Positions 27,661 through 43,689 of a stretch of DNA of 64,000 bases are shown in pieces. The position numbers were made by a program, and so were the translations under genes. The first letter of the stretch is position 1. Every line of letters starts with the position of its first letter. The notes beneath the pieces were generated by a model. It saw nothing but the letters and a program-made list of their open reading frames with translations, was not told the origin of the DNA and did no database searches. This stretch comes from the human T2T-CHM13v2.0 reference genome, Homo sapiens. The stretch lies in NCBI RefSeq assembly GCF_009914755.1, contig NC_060929.1, one strand, 5' to 3'.

Positions 27661-27963
27661 CATCTTAGTTCATTTGTACTGCCATAATGAAATACTACAG
27701 ACTGGGTAATGTATTAGAAAAATAAAAAAAATATTGGCACCCAGTTCTGAGGGCTGGGAAGTCCAAGAATAATACATCCATATTTGGTAAGAGATTCCTT
27801 CTGTGTCATCACATGGCCAGAAGCTCTTTCTGGCTTCCATTCATGAAGACAGAGCCCTCAAGACCTAAACACCTCTCAATGAACCTCATCTCCTAACACT
27901 GTCACATTGGGGATTAAGTTTCCAACACATAAATTCTGGGGGGATATATTCAAATCACAGCAG
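27661..27963 (-). mobile_element. MST/MLT1A-like MaLR LTR, internally deleted
   Basis: 'tcttagttcatttgtactgccataatgaaatactacagactgggtaat...ggctgggaagtccaag...ggggattaagtttccaacacataaattctgggggg'. Confidence 0.8.
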
Positions 27964-27982
27964 AAGTCAACATATGTCAAAA

Positions 27983-28060
27983 CACTGGTTCTCAAAATTT
28001 AGCATAAATTAGGTTTATCTGGGGAGTTGTTAAAGGACAGAATACTGGACTTCACCCAAG
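27983..28060. mobile_element. MER5A-like hAT fragment
   Basis: 'cactggttctcaaa...tctggggagttgttaaaggacagaatactgg'. Confidence 0.5.
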
Positions 28061-29904
28061 TTTGTTTTGTTTGTTTGTTTGTTTGTTTTGGTTTCAGCTT
28101 TGGTCCCAGGTATTCTTGGATAAAGCCTAAGATTTAGGATTTATTAAAACAAAAGTGCATATGGGATTGATTCTGTTGATGCATTTCTCAATTTCTTAAC
28201 AGAGAGAACTACTTTCAGATGAAGGAACACTAGTCTCTGGCAAAGAATTGAAAAGCTCCTATTATCAAGACATAAAGACAATAACTATTCAAATAATATG
28301 TTAGCTATTAAAATGTTGGAAAGTTAGTCATATGATCAAAATTACTAATCAATGTAGATTTTATAGAATTTCTGATACAAGATACATGTAATATGTTTTG
28401 AGTAGATAGTGTGAGCCAGTAAGAGGAGCTGTTTAAAAAAAAAAAAAAAAAGGATAATATCATTTCACAACAGAACATTGAAATCCAGAGAGATGAAAAG
28501 AAGAAACTTAATAGAAATATCTTCCATCAACAAATTATTGACATTTATTTTGTTCCAATAAATTTCTTCTCTTCCTTCAGTTAAAATGCAGCTATACTGT
28601 AAGGTACAATTACTACTATTGGGTGATCAAAAGAAAATATGGGTGTTACATTGAGTGACAAAAACAACGTATTTGGTAATATACTCCTGTATGTTTAACA
28701 TTTATACATTTTTTTGCTTTTTAACAAAAGCTTAAGTTTTTGCTGCCTAACCGAAGGATGTTGATGTAAAAATATTTTCAAATAAGAAAGGACTACAATA
28801 TCAAGGATCTCTTTTAAAATAACAAGGGAATTTTCAGGAAGTTTGTTCAATTCATTATTAACAGAAGACTAAATTAAGTAGAACAACTTATACCTTTCAA
28901 ATGGAACATAGGAATAATTAAATACAAAAATATTTTTAGTTGTATAACATAAAACTTTCCTCAGGTGAAGAGACATCCTTAGCATTCGAGAAATTTTCCC
29001 AGCTTGTGTATATACAATTGAATACATTCGTCTGTCTTTTTCTGTTATATATTTGAAAAAAGGTAGATGCTATTACCAATAAAATTGTGATTTCTTATTT
29101 TATATTTAAAAAGAACAGAATTTAGATAAGTTATGCAGAAATTAAAAATGCAATATCACATTTCTCTCTATGTATGAGGTATATATAGAGAGTGAGATTC
29201 TCCCCTTGTTTCAAAAAGAAAATAGAACTTAAGCTCTATGAAAGCAGATTTAAAAAATTAAAATGACAAAGCAATCTACATATATATAATTTACGTTCTT
29301 GTATATGGAACATTAAAATAGGAACTTTAATAGTACATATAGTATAAAATCCTAATACATTATTAAATAGAAAATGTATATATTAAGAAAGCATGTTCAG
29401 GCCACTGTATATGCTGGTGTATATATTAATTAACCCTCTTATAACTAAATGAAAATAACCAAATATTACTTCATTTAAGTTATCATTAACATATTTATTT
29501 TAAAATTCAGAGGTGGATCTTGGAAATTAATTTTATTTCTAGTATGAGTAAATTTTTAAAATTTGACCATATTTTAATATAGAAAATAGGAAACACTAAT
29601 ATAAAACAACAGAATAATTTTGGTCCTCAAGAAATGTAATAAAATCAAATGCTAAGCTCTTACACTTTTATGTAAATTGAGAATAATGCTTCCATACCAC
29701 ACATTTTTCTAGACATAGATTGGAAAGTTCATAAAAACTAGTCCAATCATATTTTTAGTGTAAGATAAGTTATTGGCATCTCTTCATCTAAATATGGTTT
29801 TATACAACTTTAGTCTTTCTTTGGCCATAATAATCTCCAGAAACTACAAATTCCTGGAAGATTTTAAGATTTTCAGCTATGGTATTTACTACATTTGTTG
29901 AGCA

Positions 29905-30082
29905 TTTGACAAAGTGTGGATTGATTACCCAAAATCAGATTCATATGAGGAACTTGTCAAAACCGATGTTTTCAGGATACCTTTTTGTCCTGCTCTTTTG
30001 GAATCTCTGAAGGCAGGATTTGGCCATCTATATTTTTATCAAAACCCTCTATGAATTCTTAGTTCTACTAAGTTTGATAACA
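29905..30082. mobile_element. MER5-like hAT element
   Basis: 'caaagtgtgg...atcagattcatatgaggaacttg...gaatctctg...atctatattttta...taagtttgataac'. Confidence 0.45.
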
Positions 30083-31447
30083 AAAATTCTTGATTAAAAA
30101 TATAAAAGACTGTCTATGTTTAAACTTTTTAGAAAGTAATAAAGTTATTTTCTATTTTTGAATTCCCAAAGCACAAGGTATATTTAGTTTTGACTGATTT
30201 TAGTTGAGCATAAACTCTAGCAATATAAAGTCACAAATCAAGATCAATTGAAGCAATAATTTTTGTTTTAAGACCATAGAATTTATATATACCCATTCAA
30301 GTTAACAGAAAATTATTAATACTAAAAAGAAGTGATCTATGAGTCATGATTTTATTGTTTTCTTTAAAGTACCTTTCCAAAAATCATTATAATAAATATT
30401 AATTTGTGAGTAAAGATTAATGTACATTATACATCTTATTTTTATTTTAAAAGGCCTTATGGACCTACATAAAATAAAGAAAAAGACAACATTAAACATC
30501 GATTAGCACCTGCCACTCTGAAGGAATAATAATTTAAAACTAGTTGTAATATTAATGTAAGTGTCTTTACATTAAGACTTTTACATTACATAAAAAAGGG
30601 CTGTTTATAATGGACCTTCAATAAATTAGTACTTGCTGATAAATGCAAACATTCCAACTTTGTACACAGTTATAGTGATGTTTTGTTTACTCTTTCCTTA
30701 TTAAGCTGATGAAATTCCATGAATAGAATTATTCATTGAATCCGTGTCATTATGACAACAATCACTTAGGCAAGCTTTTCCACTGGTTAGTGCATGTTTC
30801 TGAAAAAGAGACACATGATGAAAGGTGGTGAATATTGGTTGATTCATTCAAAACATATTTATTGAGAACCTCCTTAGTCCCTGTCCAATGGACGTGTCAT
30901 AAGTTATGTTATATTTGTTAGTCAGATTTATGTTAAACCTGTAAACGACAAACCAGACTGAGGTTTGAAGGTATTGAGCATATTGTGTATAGAGATGGAG
31001 TCAGGTTTCCACTGTATCTTTGTATTTGGCTTAGTGCCTCTTATTAGAGGACCTTATCAAGGGCACTTAGTCATTTTTGTTAGTAGAATGAATAAATGAA
31101 CTAAAATTCAATACAGTTTATTTTCCAGAGGAATTTATTATAACTAATTGCTTGATAGAACGTTCGTGTAAGTTGTAAATCATGGTACCATTTTACATGT
31201 AATTTTTTTCATTTACTAACCTATTTTCCTCTGACCATATACTCTTTCTCCTCCTGTGTGTTATCAGAGTGAGCAGCTAACAATTTCATGCTTCATTTTG
31301 CACCATCAAAATCTATGTTGAGTTCGTTGTGATGTGCAACACACCTATAGCTTAACACAACTGGTGCAGAAAGACTGGTTAGCCTGAATGCTACATCACT
31401 ACTATGAAAGGTATTTGCATTTAAGAGGTTTTTTTTGCTACTTTCCC

Positions 31448-31990
31448 CAGCTTTTTAAATGTATGATTAGTAAAAATAAACAAATAAATAACGTATATAT
31501 TTAAAGTGAACAATGTGTGTTTTTTTATTTTTTCTTTTCTTTTTTAGAAGGAGCTGCAATCTTGTCGCCCAGGGTGAAGTGTTTTATTTTTTCTTTTCTT
31601 TTTTAGAAGGAGTTGCAATCTTGTTGCCCAGGCTCAAGTGCAATGGTGCGATCTCGGCAAACTCCACCTCCTGGGTTCAAGCGATTGTCCTGCCTCAGCC
31701 TCCTGAGTAGCTGGGATTACAGGCATGCACCATTCTGCCTAGCTAATTCTGTATTTTTAGTAGAGACGGGGTTTCACCCTGCTTGTCAGGCTGGTCTCAA
31801 GCTTCTGACCTCAGGTGATCCACTCGTCTTGGCCTCCCAAAGAGCTGGGATTATAGGCGTGAGCCACCGCGCCCAGCCAACATGATGTTTTGATACATGT
31901 ATACATTGTGAAATGAATACCACAATCAAACTCCTAACATATTTATCATTTAACCTCGTTACGATTGGTTTGTTGTTGTTGTTGTTGTTT

Positions 31991-32031
<41 letters not shown>

Positions 32032-32340
32032 TGAGAGCTTGATATCTACTCTCCTGGAATATTTGAAGTGTACAGTGCTTTGGTATCATCTATAGTCACT
32101 GTGCTTTATATTTAGGCTCCAGAACTCATTTATCTTATAACTGAAATTTTTACTCTTTGACCAAAATCTCTCCTTTTCCTTAACACCCAGCCCCTGGTAG
32201 CCATTATTCTACTCTTTCGCGTGAGTTCAGTTACACATTGTTTGTTTGTTGGTTTTAGATAACACATAAGTGAGTTCATGCAATATTTGTCTTTCTGTGC
32301 CTGGCTTATTTCTCTTAGCATAATACCCTTAAGATTCATC
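31448..32340 (-). mobile_element. L1MA-like 3' end interrupted by an Alu
   Basis: 'catgatgttttgatacatgtatacattgtgaaatgaataccacaatcaa' and 'atttgtctttctgtgcctggcttatttc'. (TG)n at about 31995-32029. Confidence 0.8.
31520..31878 (-). mobile_element. AluSp/Sq-like element with a duplicated 3' end
   Basis: 'cttgttgcccagg...gtgcaatgg' diagnostics. 59-bp tandem duplication of the tail and terminal bases. Confidence 0.9.
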
Positions 32341-33299
32341 AGAGGGGACAACTTACTGACTAATTTTCCAACATTTGCTGATTGTTAGAAAGAATCTGGG
32401 TTTCACATTTAAATTTCATGTTCCCAAACTCTTTCCTTAAATTTCTAATTCCCAATGCCTGAAATATAAATAAGTAGATAACCACTTAGGTAATTCTTAG
32501 ATGACAGGTTTAAAAATATGGTCTTAAATTACTCAATAATTTATTATAGCAAAAACTTATTATGAGATATATTATCAATATTAATATCTGACATGTACAG
32601 AACAACAACAAGAAAAAAAAAAACTTCAGGGAATGAGCAAAAAGTGGATAACATTCCAGGATATATCATTGAAATACTCACTTGGAGAAAGCTACTTTTT
32701 TTCCTTATTTAGAAAAGCTAATGCTTTTTAGTGTATGGTTTTAAAAGAACTTTATAAAATTTCTGAATTTTGCATTACATTGTACATCTTGAAAAATGTA
32801 GTTTGATTTGAGTTACTTTTGAAAAGGAATGTGTGAAATGTATTATCTTTAGTTATCACACTCCTTTCTTTTCAGTATGACACTGTAGTATCTTGCTAGA
32901 CTTAACATTTAACTTTAAACCTGAGAAACAAAATTAACAGGTAAACCACCAAAATGCCTGGTCTACAAAATATAGTCAAAAACTGCAAGAATCGATTATT
33001 GTGCCAAATTGATTGATTTGAAAGACTATTAAAATATTCTATCTTTTAAATACAAGTTTGGATTCTTGGAGATTTTATATTCAGTAATAATTTCAGGGAA
33101 AAGTAAAGACCTAAAGTTTATGACTGTCACCTAGCTGAGAAAGTCCCTAGTAAAGAAAATAATTAGCAGAGTTCATTTGGCATGAATGGATGCAGTCTCT
33201 TATGTTTCAACTTATAAACAAAAGTCAAGTTCTTTAAAATAGATAAGACACAATTGAATGAAAATTTCAACATAATTTCTTGATTGCCAGAATAAATGA

Positions 33300-34900
33300 G
33301 AAAACATAGCACCAAGGAAAATTGTTATTGGATATGTACATGCAAAGGAATGAAACTGGACTTCTGCTTCAAAGCATATATAAAAATTAACTCAAAATGC
33401 ATCAAAGACATAAATGTAAGAGCTAAAATTATAAAACTCTTAGGAAGAGACATAAATCTTAATGAGCTCTATTTATACAATAATTTCTTAGATATGATAC
33501 CAAAAAGACAAGAGATATAATCTAAAACATAGATTAAACTTAATCAAAATGTAAAAACTTTTGTGAGCAAAGGACATCATTAGTAAAACAAAAATGCAAT
33601 GCACAGAATGGGATAAAATATTTAAAAATCATATCTGATAAAAGGCTTTTATAGAGACGACATAAAGGATTCTTACAACTTAACAATAAGATGACAAATA
33701 ACCCAATTAAAAATGGGCAACAGATTGAATAGATATTTGTCAAATGAAGATTTACAAAGGAATGACGTGCACATACACAGTCATTAGTTACTGAGGAAAC
33801 ATCATTAGTCATCACAGAAATGTAAATAAAAAACACTAAGAGAAACTCTTTCATATTCCTTAGGATTAAAACCCCAAAAAATAGGAAGTCTTGGCAAGGA
33901 TGCGGAGAAATTGGAGCACACATATACTGCTGATTAGAATGTAAAATAGTGCAGTTACTTTGGAAAATAGTCTGGCAGTTTCTCAAAAGTTTAAAAATAG
34001 ATTTTACCATATGGACCAGCAACTCCAAGATATATAAAAACTTGCACACAAATGTTTATAACAATATTACTTATAATAATCAAGAAGTAGGAAAAAACTC
34101 AAGTTGATTCATGTCTGTCAACTGATGAATAGGTAAATATCCATAGAACTTATGTACATACAATGAAATCTTATTTGGTAATAAAAAAAAAAGAATGATA
34201 TACTGACACATGCTAGAACATGAACCTTAACATATACTATGTGAAAAGCTAGTGACAAAAAACTATGTATCATACTAATTCATTTATAGTGAATCCAGAA
34301 TAGGAAGATATCTAGAGACAGAAGGTAGATTAGTGGTTGCCTATATCTGGGACATGGTTAGAATGGTGAACAGAGGGAGTGATATCTAAAACATACAAGG
34401 TTTCTTTTGGGGTGATGAAAGTCATCTAATATTGATCATCATGATGTATTATTCCACTCTCACACAGCTATGAAGACATACCCGAGATTGGGTAATTTAT
34501 AAAGAAAAGAAGTTTAATTGACTCACAGTTCCGTGTGGCTGGGGAGGGCTCAGGAATCATAGTGGAAGGCACCTCTTCACAGGGCGGCAGGAGAGAGAAT
34601 AGGTGCCAGCAGGGGAAATGCCAGACATTTATAAAACCATCAGATCTTATGAGGACTCACTCACTAGCATAAGAACAGTCTGGGGGAATATGCCCCCATG
34701 ATTCAACTGTCTCCTACCGGGTCCTTCTCATGACACATAAGGATTATGGGGGTTACGATTCAAGATGAGATTTGGGTACACAGCCAATCCATAGCCAGTG
34801 ATGTTTGCACAACTCTGTGACGGTACTGAAAATAATGAATTTTATACTTAACGATCTAATTTATATGGTAGATTAATTATAATAATCAAGTTGTTTTTGT
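33300..34900 (+). mobile_element. Old LINE-1 3' portion (L1MB/MC-like) interrupted by THE1
   Basis: ORF 33296-33520 (WICTCKGMKLD..KINSKCIKDINVRAK) is ORF2-like. 3' UTR 'gtagattagtggttgcct...ggtttcttttggggtgatgaaa'. Confidence 0.8.
34445..34797 (-). mobile_element. THE1D-like MaLR solo LTR
   Basis: 'ggaaggcacctcttcacagggcggcaggagagagaat...ggaaatgccagacatttataaaaccatcagatct...gatgagatttggg'. Confidence 0.88.
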
Positions 34901-35286
34901 AAATGAAAAACAGGTATTAACTTCTTTATTTACCAAAATGAGCTGATTACAAATCATTTGAGAATGGAAGACAAACTTGGATAATTTTAATAACAAGCAC
35001 ATAATGGCAAAATTGAAGATTCTAAGAGATTAATAGCAAGCTCCCAAATGAAGAAATTAAATAGTAAGGAGGTATAACTGAAATATATAATGTGTACATA
35101 TAAATTATTAATTGACAATAGATCATAACAACAAAATTAATTCTATACCACTTGACTAGTCTAAGCTACCATTATTTATTGCCAGGTCTATTTAAATTGC
35201 CCTTTATTTGCTTTCCTTCATGCTTTGCTATTTATACTACAGTCACATCTCTATACATGGAGTCTTCTTTATTACAGAAACAAATA

Positions 35287-35352
35287 TTAGTTTGATGCAA
35301 AAGTAATGATGGGTTACTGGCAAAACCCATGATTACTTTTGCATCAACCTAA
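35287..35352. mobile_element. MADE1 mariner-derived MITE, internally shortened, with TA TSD
   Basis: 'ta|ttagtttgatgcaaaagtaat...attacttttgcatcaacctaa|ta' matches Hsmar1/MADE1 terminal inverted repeats. Confidence 0.9.
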
Positions 35353-36509
35353 TAATTGCAGTTTTTGGGCTTTTGAAATCATTATATTTGAAAATACAAA
35401 CTTGTAAGTCATCAATTCCATCTTTTCTGATAGGATAATAGGCATTCCATCCATCATCATTCTGTTTCACATCCTGTGGTTTCCTCTAGCTAGGATCATA
35501 GATATTGGAAAGCTAAATGGCATGATTCCTTGGTATTTGCTTAGCGTTTACATTTTTATTTCCACTCTATTGATCTGTGGTGTCAGGATTTCCATAAGTA
35601 TTGATAATTTATATTTATTTGTATTTGTTGTTGTTTTGTTTAATCATTCAAACATATCCTGATTAAGAAAATTGCTTTGTTTGCAATTTCAAGGATTTTA
35701 GCCAAATCTGTCCTGTGCTTGAGGTTGAAGTGTGTGTTTGTGTGTGTGTGTGTGTATGTTTTATTTCATCCTATAAATACTTTTTGGGGTATGTCCCATT
35801 TATTTCATTCTGAAATATGGTAATTTTGTTGTGATTTTGTTTGTGTGTTTTGACTTGTGGGTGTTTTTTCTTTGTTTTTATTTTCTTTTTGTGTTTTTCC
35901 TTATATATGGGGAGTCAAATATGGAGACATATCAATGATTCTACCTTGAGGTCTTTAAGAAATTCCAAATCTCTTTTTTATAAATAATGTTTACTATATT
36001 AACATAAACATCCTGAAGGAGTAAAATCAGGTATTTTTATTTTTAAAGGGCTGCAATTATTTTCCTGATGACACCCAACTATGTGATAGAATTGTGAGTA
36101 GAATATGGTTATTTTGAATCATGGAAAGGGAAGTTCCGTAGTCAAGAAGTAAAGATAAAAGTATGTAAACTTAGACTATTTGATCAGAAAATTTTATAGA
36201 TAAGAACAAAATGTTCGGTTGGTTAGACATACTGAAAATAGGCCTTCGATATTTTCAGGCTCCCTGTGTTGTGATATTTGTGCTGGGTATTTGGATTTAA
36301 AGAATTTAAGACAGTAGAAAATTACCCTCATATCTCCTAACCTGTATACCACATACACATTTTATAACATTCATTATTAAATAGATTATGCAATCAAAAA
36401 ATAAGGGATAACATGTAATTCAGATTTCTAGTAGACATCTCCATAAACCTGGAAACAACTGTGGAAATTTCTCTCCATTGTGAATGTTTATCCTTTGCTT
36501 TTCACTATG

Positions 36510-37050
36510 ACATACATCTCCAAATCTTCCACTCCATTCCACTGTTCCTATGCCCAGTTGGTCTCCTGCAATTTTTAAAGTCTCTACAGAGTATTAATAA
36601 CCTTTTAAACATGGTCATCAATTTGTAATTCTCCTCCATAAAACCTTCCCATGTCTTCTCATTTCACTCAGAATAAATTTCAAATTTTATTATTTTCAAA
36701 ACTATATGTATTATTTGCCACCTGCCTCTTCTTTGCCTTTGGTTTCTTGAACATGCCAAGCTCTTTTTCCTCTCTTCAGGTCTCATTTTTCAATTTTATT
36801 TTTCTGAAATGCTAATTATATAGCTGCTTTCCTCAAATAATTTAGGTCTCACCTCAGATGTCATTTCTGCAGAGAGACTCCATTAGTTTTTCCTTATAAT
36901 ACTGCACTCTACCCTCACCCACTCTTTCTCAAAAAAAATAGTTACTTTTTTATCATTTACCATAATCTAAATTCATTTCATATAGTTATTGGTTTCCCTA
37001 TTTATTGCCTCACAAAAAATTCAATGATTTTTATTGAATGTATGAGTGGG
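36510..37050 (+). mobile_element. L2 3' fragment
   Basis: 'aaaaccttcccatgtcttctcatttcactcagaataaa', 'tttcttgaacatgccaagct' and the end 'ttattgaatgtatgagt'. Confidence 0.6.
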
Positions 37051-40000
37051 CAGGTAAAAGAATAGAATTATGAAATTATTCTTTATCTAAAGTGTAAAGC
37101 TGGCTTATCTAAAATTGGCAGTTTTACTCATGTCCACATTCAGTCATATGTATTTATGCAGATGTGTCTTATGCAATCCATTGGTAGTTATGGCAACTGG
37201 TTAATGCCAATGATTATTAGAAAGAAAACTAGACTTTCATAAGAAATCTGCATTAGCTGGTGACCACTTTGAAAAGCATCAGATATTCAGATATAGTTAA
37301 TTTTTCTATAGTCAAACCAAACAATTTAGAAAAAGTAGAAATGGTAGGGTTCATCTATGGTCATGCCACAACCAATCGTGACATGAATAAGGTTAGTTTG
37401 CATTCTCTCTATCTTCTCATTCACTTTCTCCCATGGATTTGCGCCCTTCTTACTTTAGGTGTCTTCAAGTGTCATTTTGAAGTTCTAGCTGAGTTTTCCT
37501 CCACTTTCTCAGTTTTTGCTCCTCAAATGATAAATAAAATGTACCCATCAGTGGTCATTCTACTGGTGGCTTTGTCATCTCTAGAAAAACAACTTAGTTA
37601 CAGCACTTTGATATTTGAAAATTACATCTCCAAACCAAGAAATGAGGCATGTAGAAAATCTTAATGGAGAGTACATGTTTTGCTCCTTTTAATGCCATAA
37701 GGATTCTAGTCTGTTCTCTTTTCTGCAATTCTAGATATTTTTCACTCCAGAATCAAGACAACTTGAGTTGTCTTCCACTCCAGAACCAAGAAGGAAAGAT
37801 CAGGTGCATTAGGACACACATGCAACTTGTTAGGAAAGAGTGCTGTTATTAACCAAATGATTGAAGTAAAGTAAAACTAAACACTAATTACTTTAACCAA
37901 AGAAAAGGCTTAATGAGGTGAACTGTCAGAGTGATTTTTAAAAATTAATTTACTGAAGTATTTGTAAATTTATTTAAAATATTTGATTTGGGTTTTTAGA
38001 AACTAAAACTGTATAAGTATATTGAATTATTCACACTATATACCCAAATTAGAAATCATAAATAATTTAAGTAGATACTCATATACATGTTTTTAGGAAG
38101 TAAAGAAATTTCCATCAATATGAGGGAATATTTTTTCTCTTTGGGGTATATTGCCTGTTTCAATTCCTTCACTTATTAAATCTATAGCTCATATTATCTC
38201 ATATGTTGCAGAAACAAAAAAAAAAAAACAAATTTTGGCCGTATAATTTCTCTGGGATGTACTTTTTGGGATGTACTTTTGTCAACTGGAGAAAAATAAG
38301 ATAAATAGAAAATGACAAATAATTTGAAGAGCTATCCATTTCTACAAGCCAGGCTTCAATTTTGTAGTGCTTCAGGCCAACTACTAAGTCCTCAACGCTT
38401 ATCTTAATAGTGTGGAACCATCTCAAACAACATCCACACAAAGTGATTAAAATAAGGATAAGGACCAATGAGACCAGGAGGAATAAGAAAGCTTGGAAAG
38501 GATGCTTTGAAGTTTAGCTCTCCTCATTTCTTCCTTTCTTTGTTTTTTGAAAACCAAGTGATAAGCAAAGGAGCTAATAGAAGACATGGTGAAATAAAAA
38601 GCTGTTTGATGGGCAAAAAAGACCCTTGTAAAATATCATGAATTTTATATTTGTTATCAAGACAATAAATTAAATTTTTCTTTTGCTTTAATCTGCACAA
38701 TATTTTACTTTAATTAAACATCTAGGAGGATTAGCAAGATGCTGACTTTAAAATCTTTGAACCCCTAGGAAGGAAACACAATAAAAGAAGTAGCTTTGAT
38801 GCATAATAAAATAACTAGCTTGCATTGTGATTATGAGTAATATTCCTGTGAGCAATTGCTTTCAACATTTTCATTTAAAAATAACTTTGCCCTATTAACC
38901 TTGAAAAGAGGATTAAAATAAAATGAATATTTCTTAATCATTATAAAATTTAACTAAAACTTTAATTAGATAGGCTCTAATAGTTCACAACCAATGGATT
39001 TAGAAATCATTCTCAAATATTAAGTTTGGTTTTCTTCAATATAATATTCTGTACGTAGGTTCAGGTAATTTCTGGTCCCAAAGCACTGAAATAGGCAGCC
39101 TAACTTCTGAGACCAAACATATGTTTTTTTTTTTGTTTATAATTAAAACAAAGTCACTGTTAAAACCAAAAAGAATAAAAATTACAGTATCTCACTGAAA
39201 AGCAAACTATGATGGTAAGGTAACACATTAAGAACTTTAAGATGTTTAGATAAAAATTGAGCTGTTGATATGTTTATTTATAAATTAGGACAGTATGTCA
39301 ATCTCTATAATAACAGGTAGCAGATATAAGCAAAATGAGTGGCCTTAATAGTTCAAACAGCTGCAGAGCTGCCTTTGATAAGTGGACTGGTAATATTTGA
39401 ATTATAATATTAGTAAGATTAATAATGAAATACACACACATACATATACACAATATATGCATATATAGAGAAATTAAAATGTAGATATAGTTGTGCAGTC
39501 AGAGATATTTAGATCTAAACTGACTTGATCAAAACTATCATTTTATTTTATACTTCAAAATCAGGACATTTTTGTTTTTCACATTAGCTGTTTATAAAAT
39601 TCAAGTTAGAAGTCTTGAAAACCTGCATATACAGTAGGAAAAATTATCCTTTTAAAGAGAAATTTTAATTAAACTGGAACACATCTATAATTAGAAGTAA
39701 GAAATATATTCAAAATGTTGAGATGGAAAATTCTTGCCCACAATGTATTCAATAATATATCAGTCTATAGACCATATGCAAGTGGCACTAAGGATAAAGG
39801 AACATGCACTACTGATTAGGTTAATTTTTGGTTGATAAATATCTAGATAGGTGTTCATTTAAATAATACACTTAAATAATATCTATTTGCATACATAAAT
39901 GTTTCATTAAAAATCATTTCTATGTATTTCTATGTATGTCTATGCAATGCCTCTATTTGTCTACTGAAAAATAAATATATAATATGCTCTTATCTTCCTA

Positions 40001-41351
40001 CATGCATCTGATAATAAGATAGAAAATATCACTTGTGTGAGGTAGGTATAAATTTCCAGTAAGTATACTAAAACAATAATATCCTTAATATCAGGGGCAT
40101 CATTACAGGATGGTCTGCATAAATGTGATATTGTTCAAAATTAAAATTATATAAACTTTGATTTCATTAATAGTTATGGTTATTTGCAAAATATCACAGG
40201 GTCACTATGAGTATATAAAATAATATCAGGAAAAAATATCCAATACCCTTCTCAGATATATTTAAAAGTCTAGAAATAAAGGCCTAGGTATTAGTATTTT
40301 ATTCATTTCCAGCATTAGTCACTCATTGTCTGAATTATATTTCAAATATCCAAATTGCCAATTAGTAATGAGATAAAAGAGTGATCTAACTTAGTTATTA
40401 CAGAAAAGTTTAAAGGACTTTGATTTGGTGACAGGATTGGAATAGAATATCATATAATTTTGGTAGGAACCAAAATTAGTTCTACATAAGTAAGGGCATT
40501 TAGCAAAAAATATGTGAAGAATAAGTTGAATCTTGTTAAAACAGACCGACATTGAAAATATAGGACATGTAGTCTAGAAACAGATTAGTAGTTCTTGTTC
40601 CAAAATGGTCTTAATATAGAAAGCTATGGATTTTACAGTGTGAAACTGAAAATCATGCCAAAGGCACATGACAGAAATAGGTAAATGAAAGAAGTTGAAA
40701 AATAATTACCATTTGTGTTCAGTCTTTGATAATTCATAAATACAAAGCATACACAAACACACACACACACACAATGATTTTATTATTGAATATGATCATC
40801 AAAGTAGATAGTGACATGCAAGGGCAATTATTCCATGCCATGCTATAGAAATGGCAGTTAGAGTTCTGGGAAGTTGACTATTGTCAGAGTTACGATGGCC
40901 AAACATTTTTTTTTTCAAAACTATATTAAATGCTTCTCTTCATTCTAGGTAATATTGTGTAGGTTATGCATAAACTTTATTATACTGACCATAATATAAG
41001 AAGAAATGATGTCTAAAATTTCAAAAACTATATTTAAATACTTTATGTAAGAGATGCAAAAAAGTTAATTATCATAAAAAGTGGGAGAAAGACACAATTC
41101 ATTTTTCAGAGGTATTAACTTTTTTGGAAGGGTGATGTAAAAATTAAACATATAATAAAACAGGTATCCTATAGACATTGCTTAGCAAGCATACATTTCT
41201 ATGAGATAAAATTAATAATAACCCTTTTGGTAATTTTATTTTTAGGCCATCATAATGTATTCAAAAATAGGGTGATGGTATATATTATTGCCTCTCATGC
41301 ACAAGCCCAGAAACACTGATTTGGATGCGACTTTGAGATTTTCCAGTTATT

Positions 41352-43686
<2,335 letters not shown>

Positions 43687-43689
<3 letters not shown>

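Noticed and set aside
35287-35352. Assigning a specific miR-548 gene
   Set aside because: MADE1 copies are numerous and the sequence alone cannot show processing, so no symbol is assigned.
37260-37852. 134-aa and 62-aa adjacent ORFs in non-repeat DNA
   Set aside because: No recognisable domain, the first lacks an ATG start, and no convincing splice structure. The lengths are compatible with chance.
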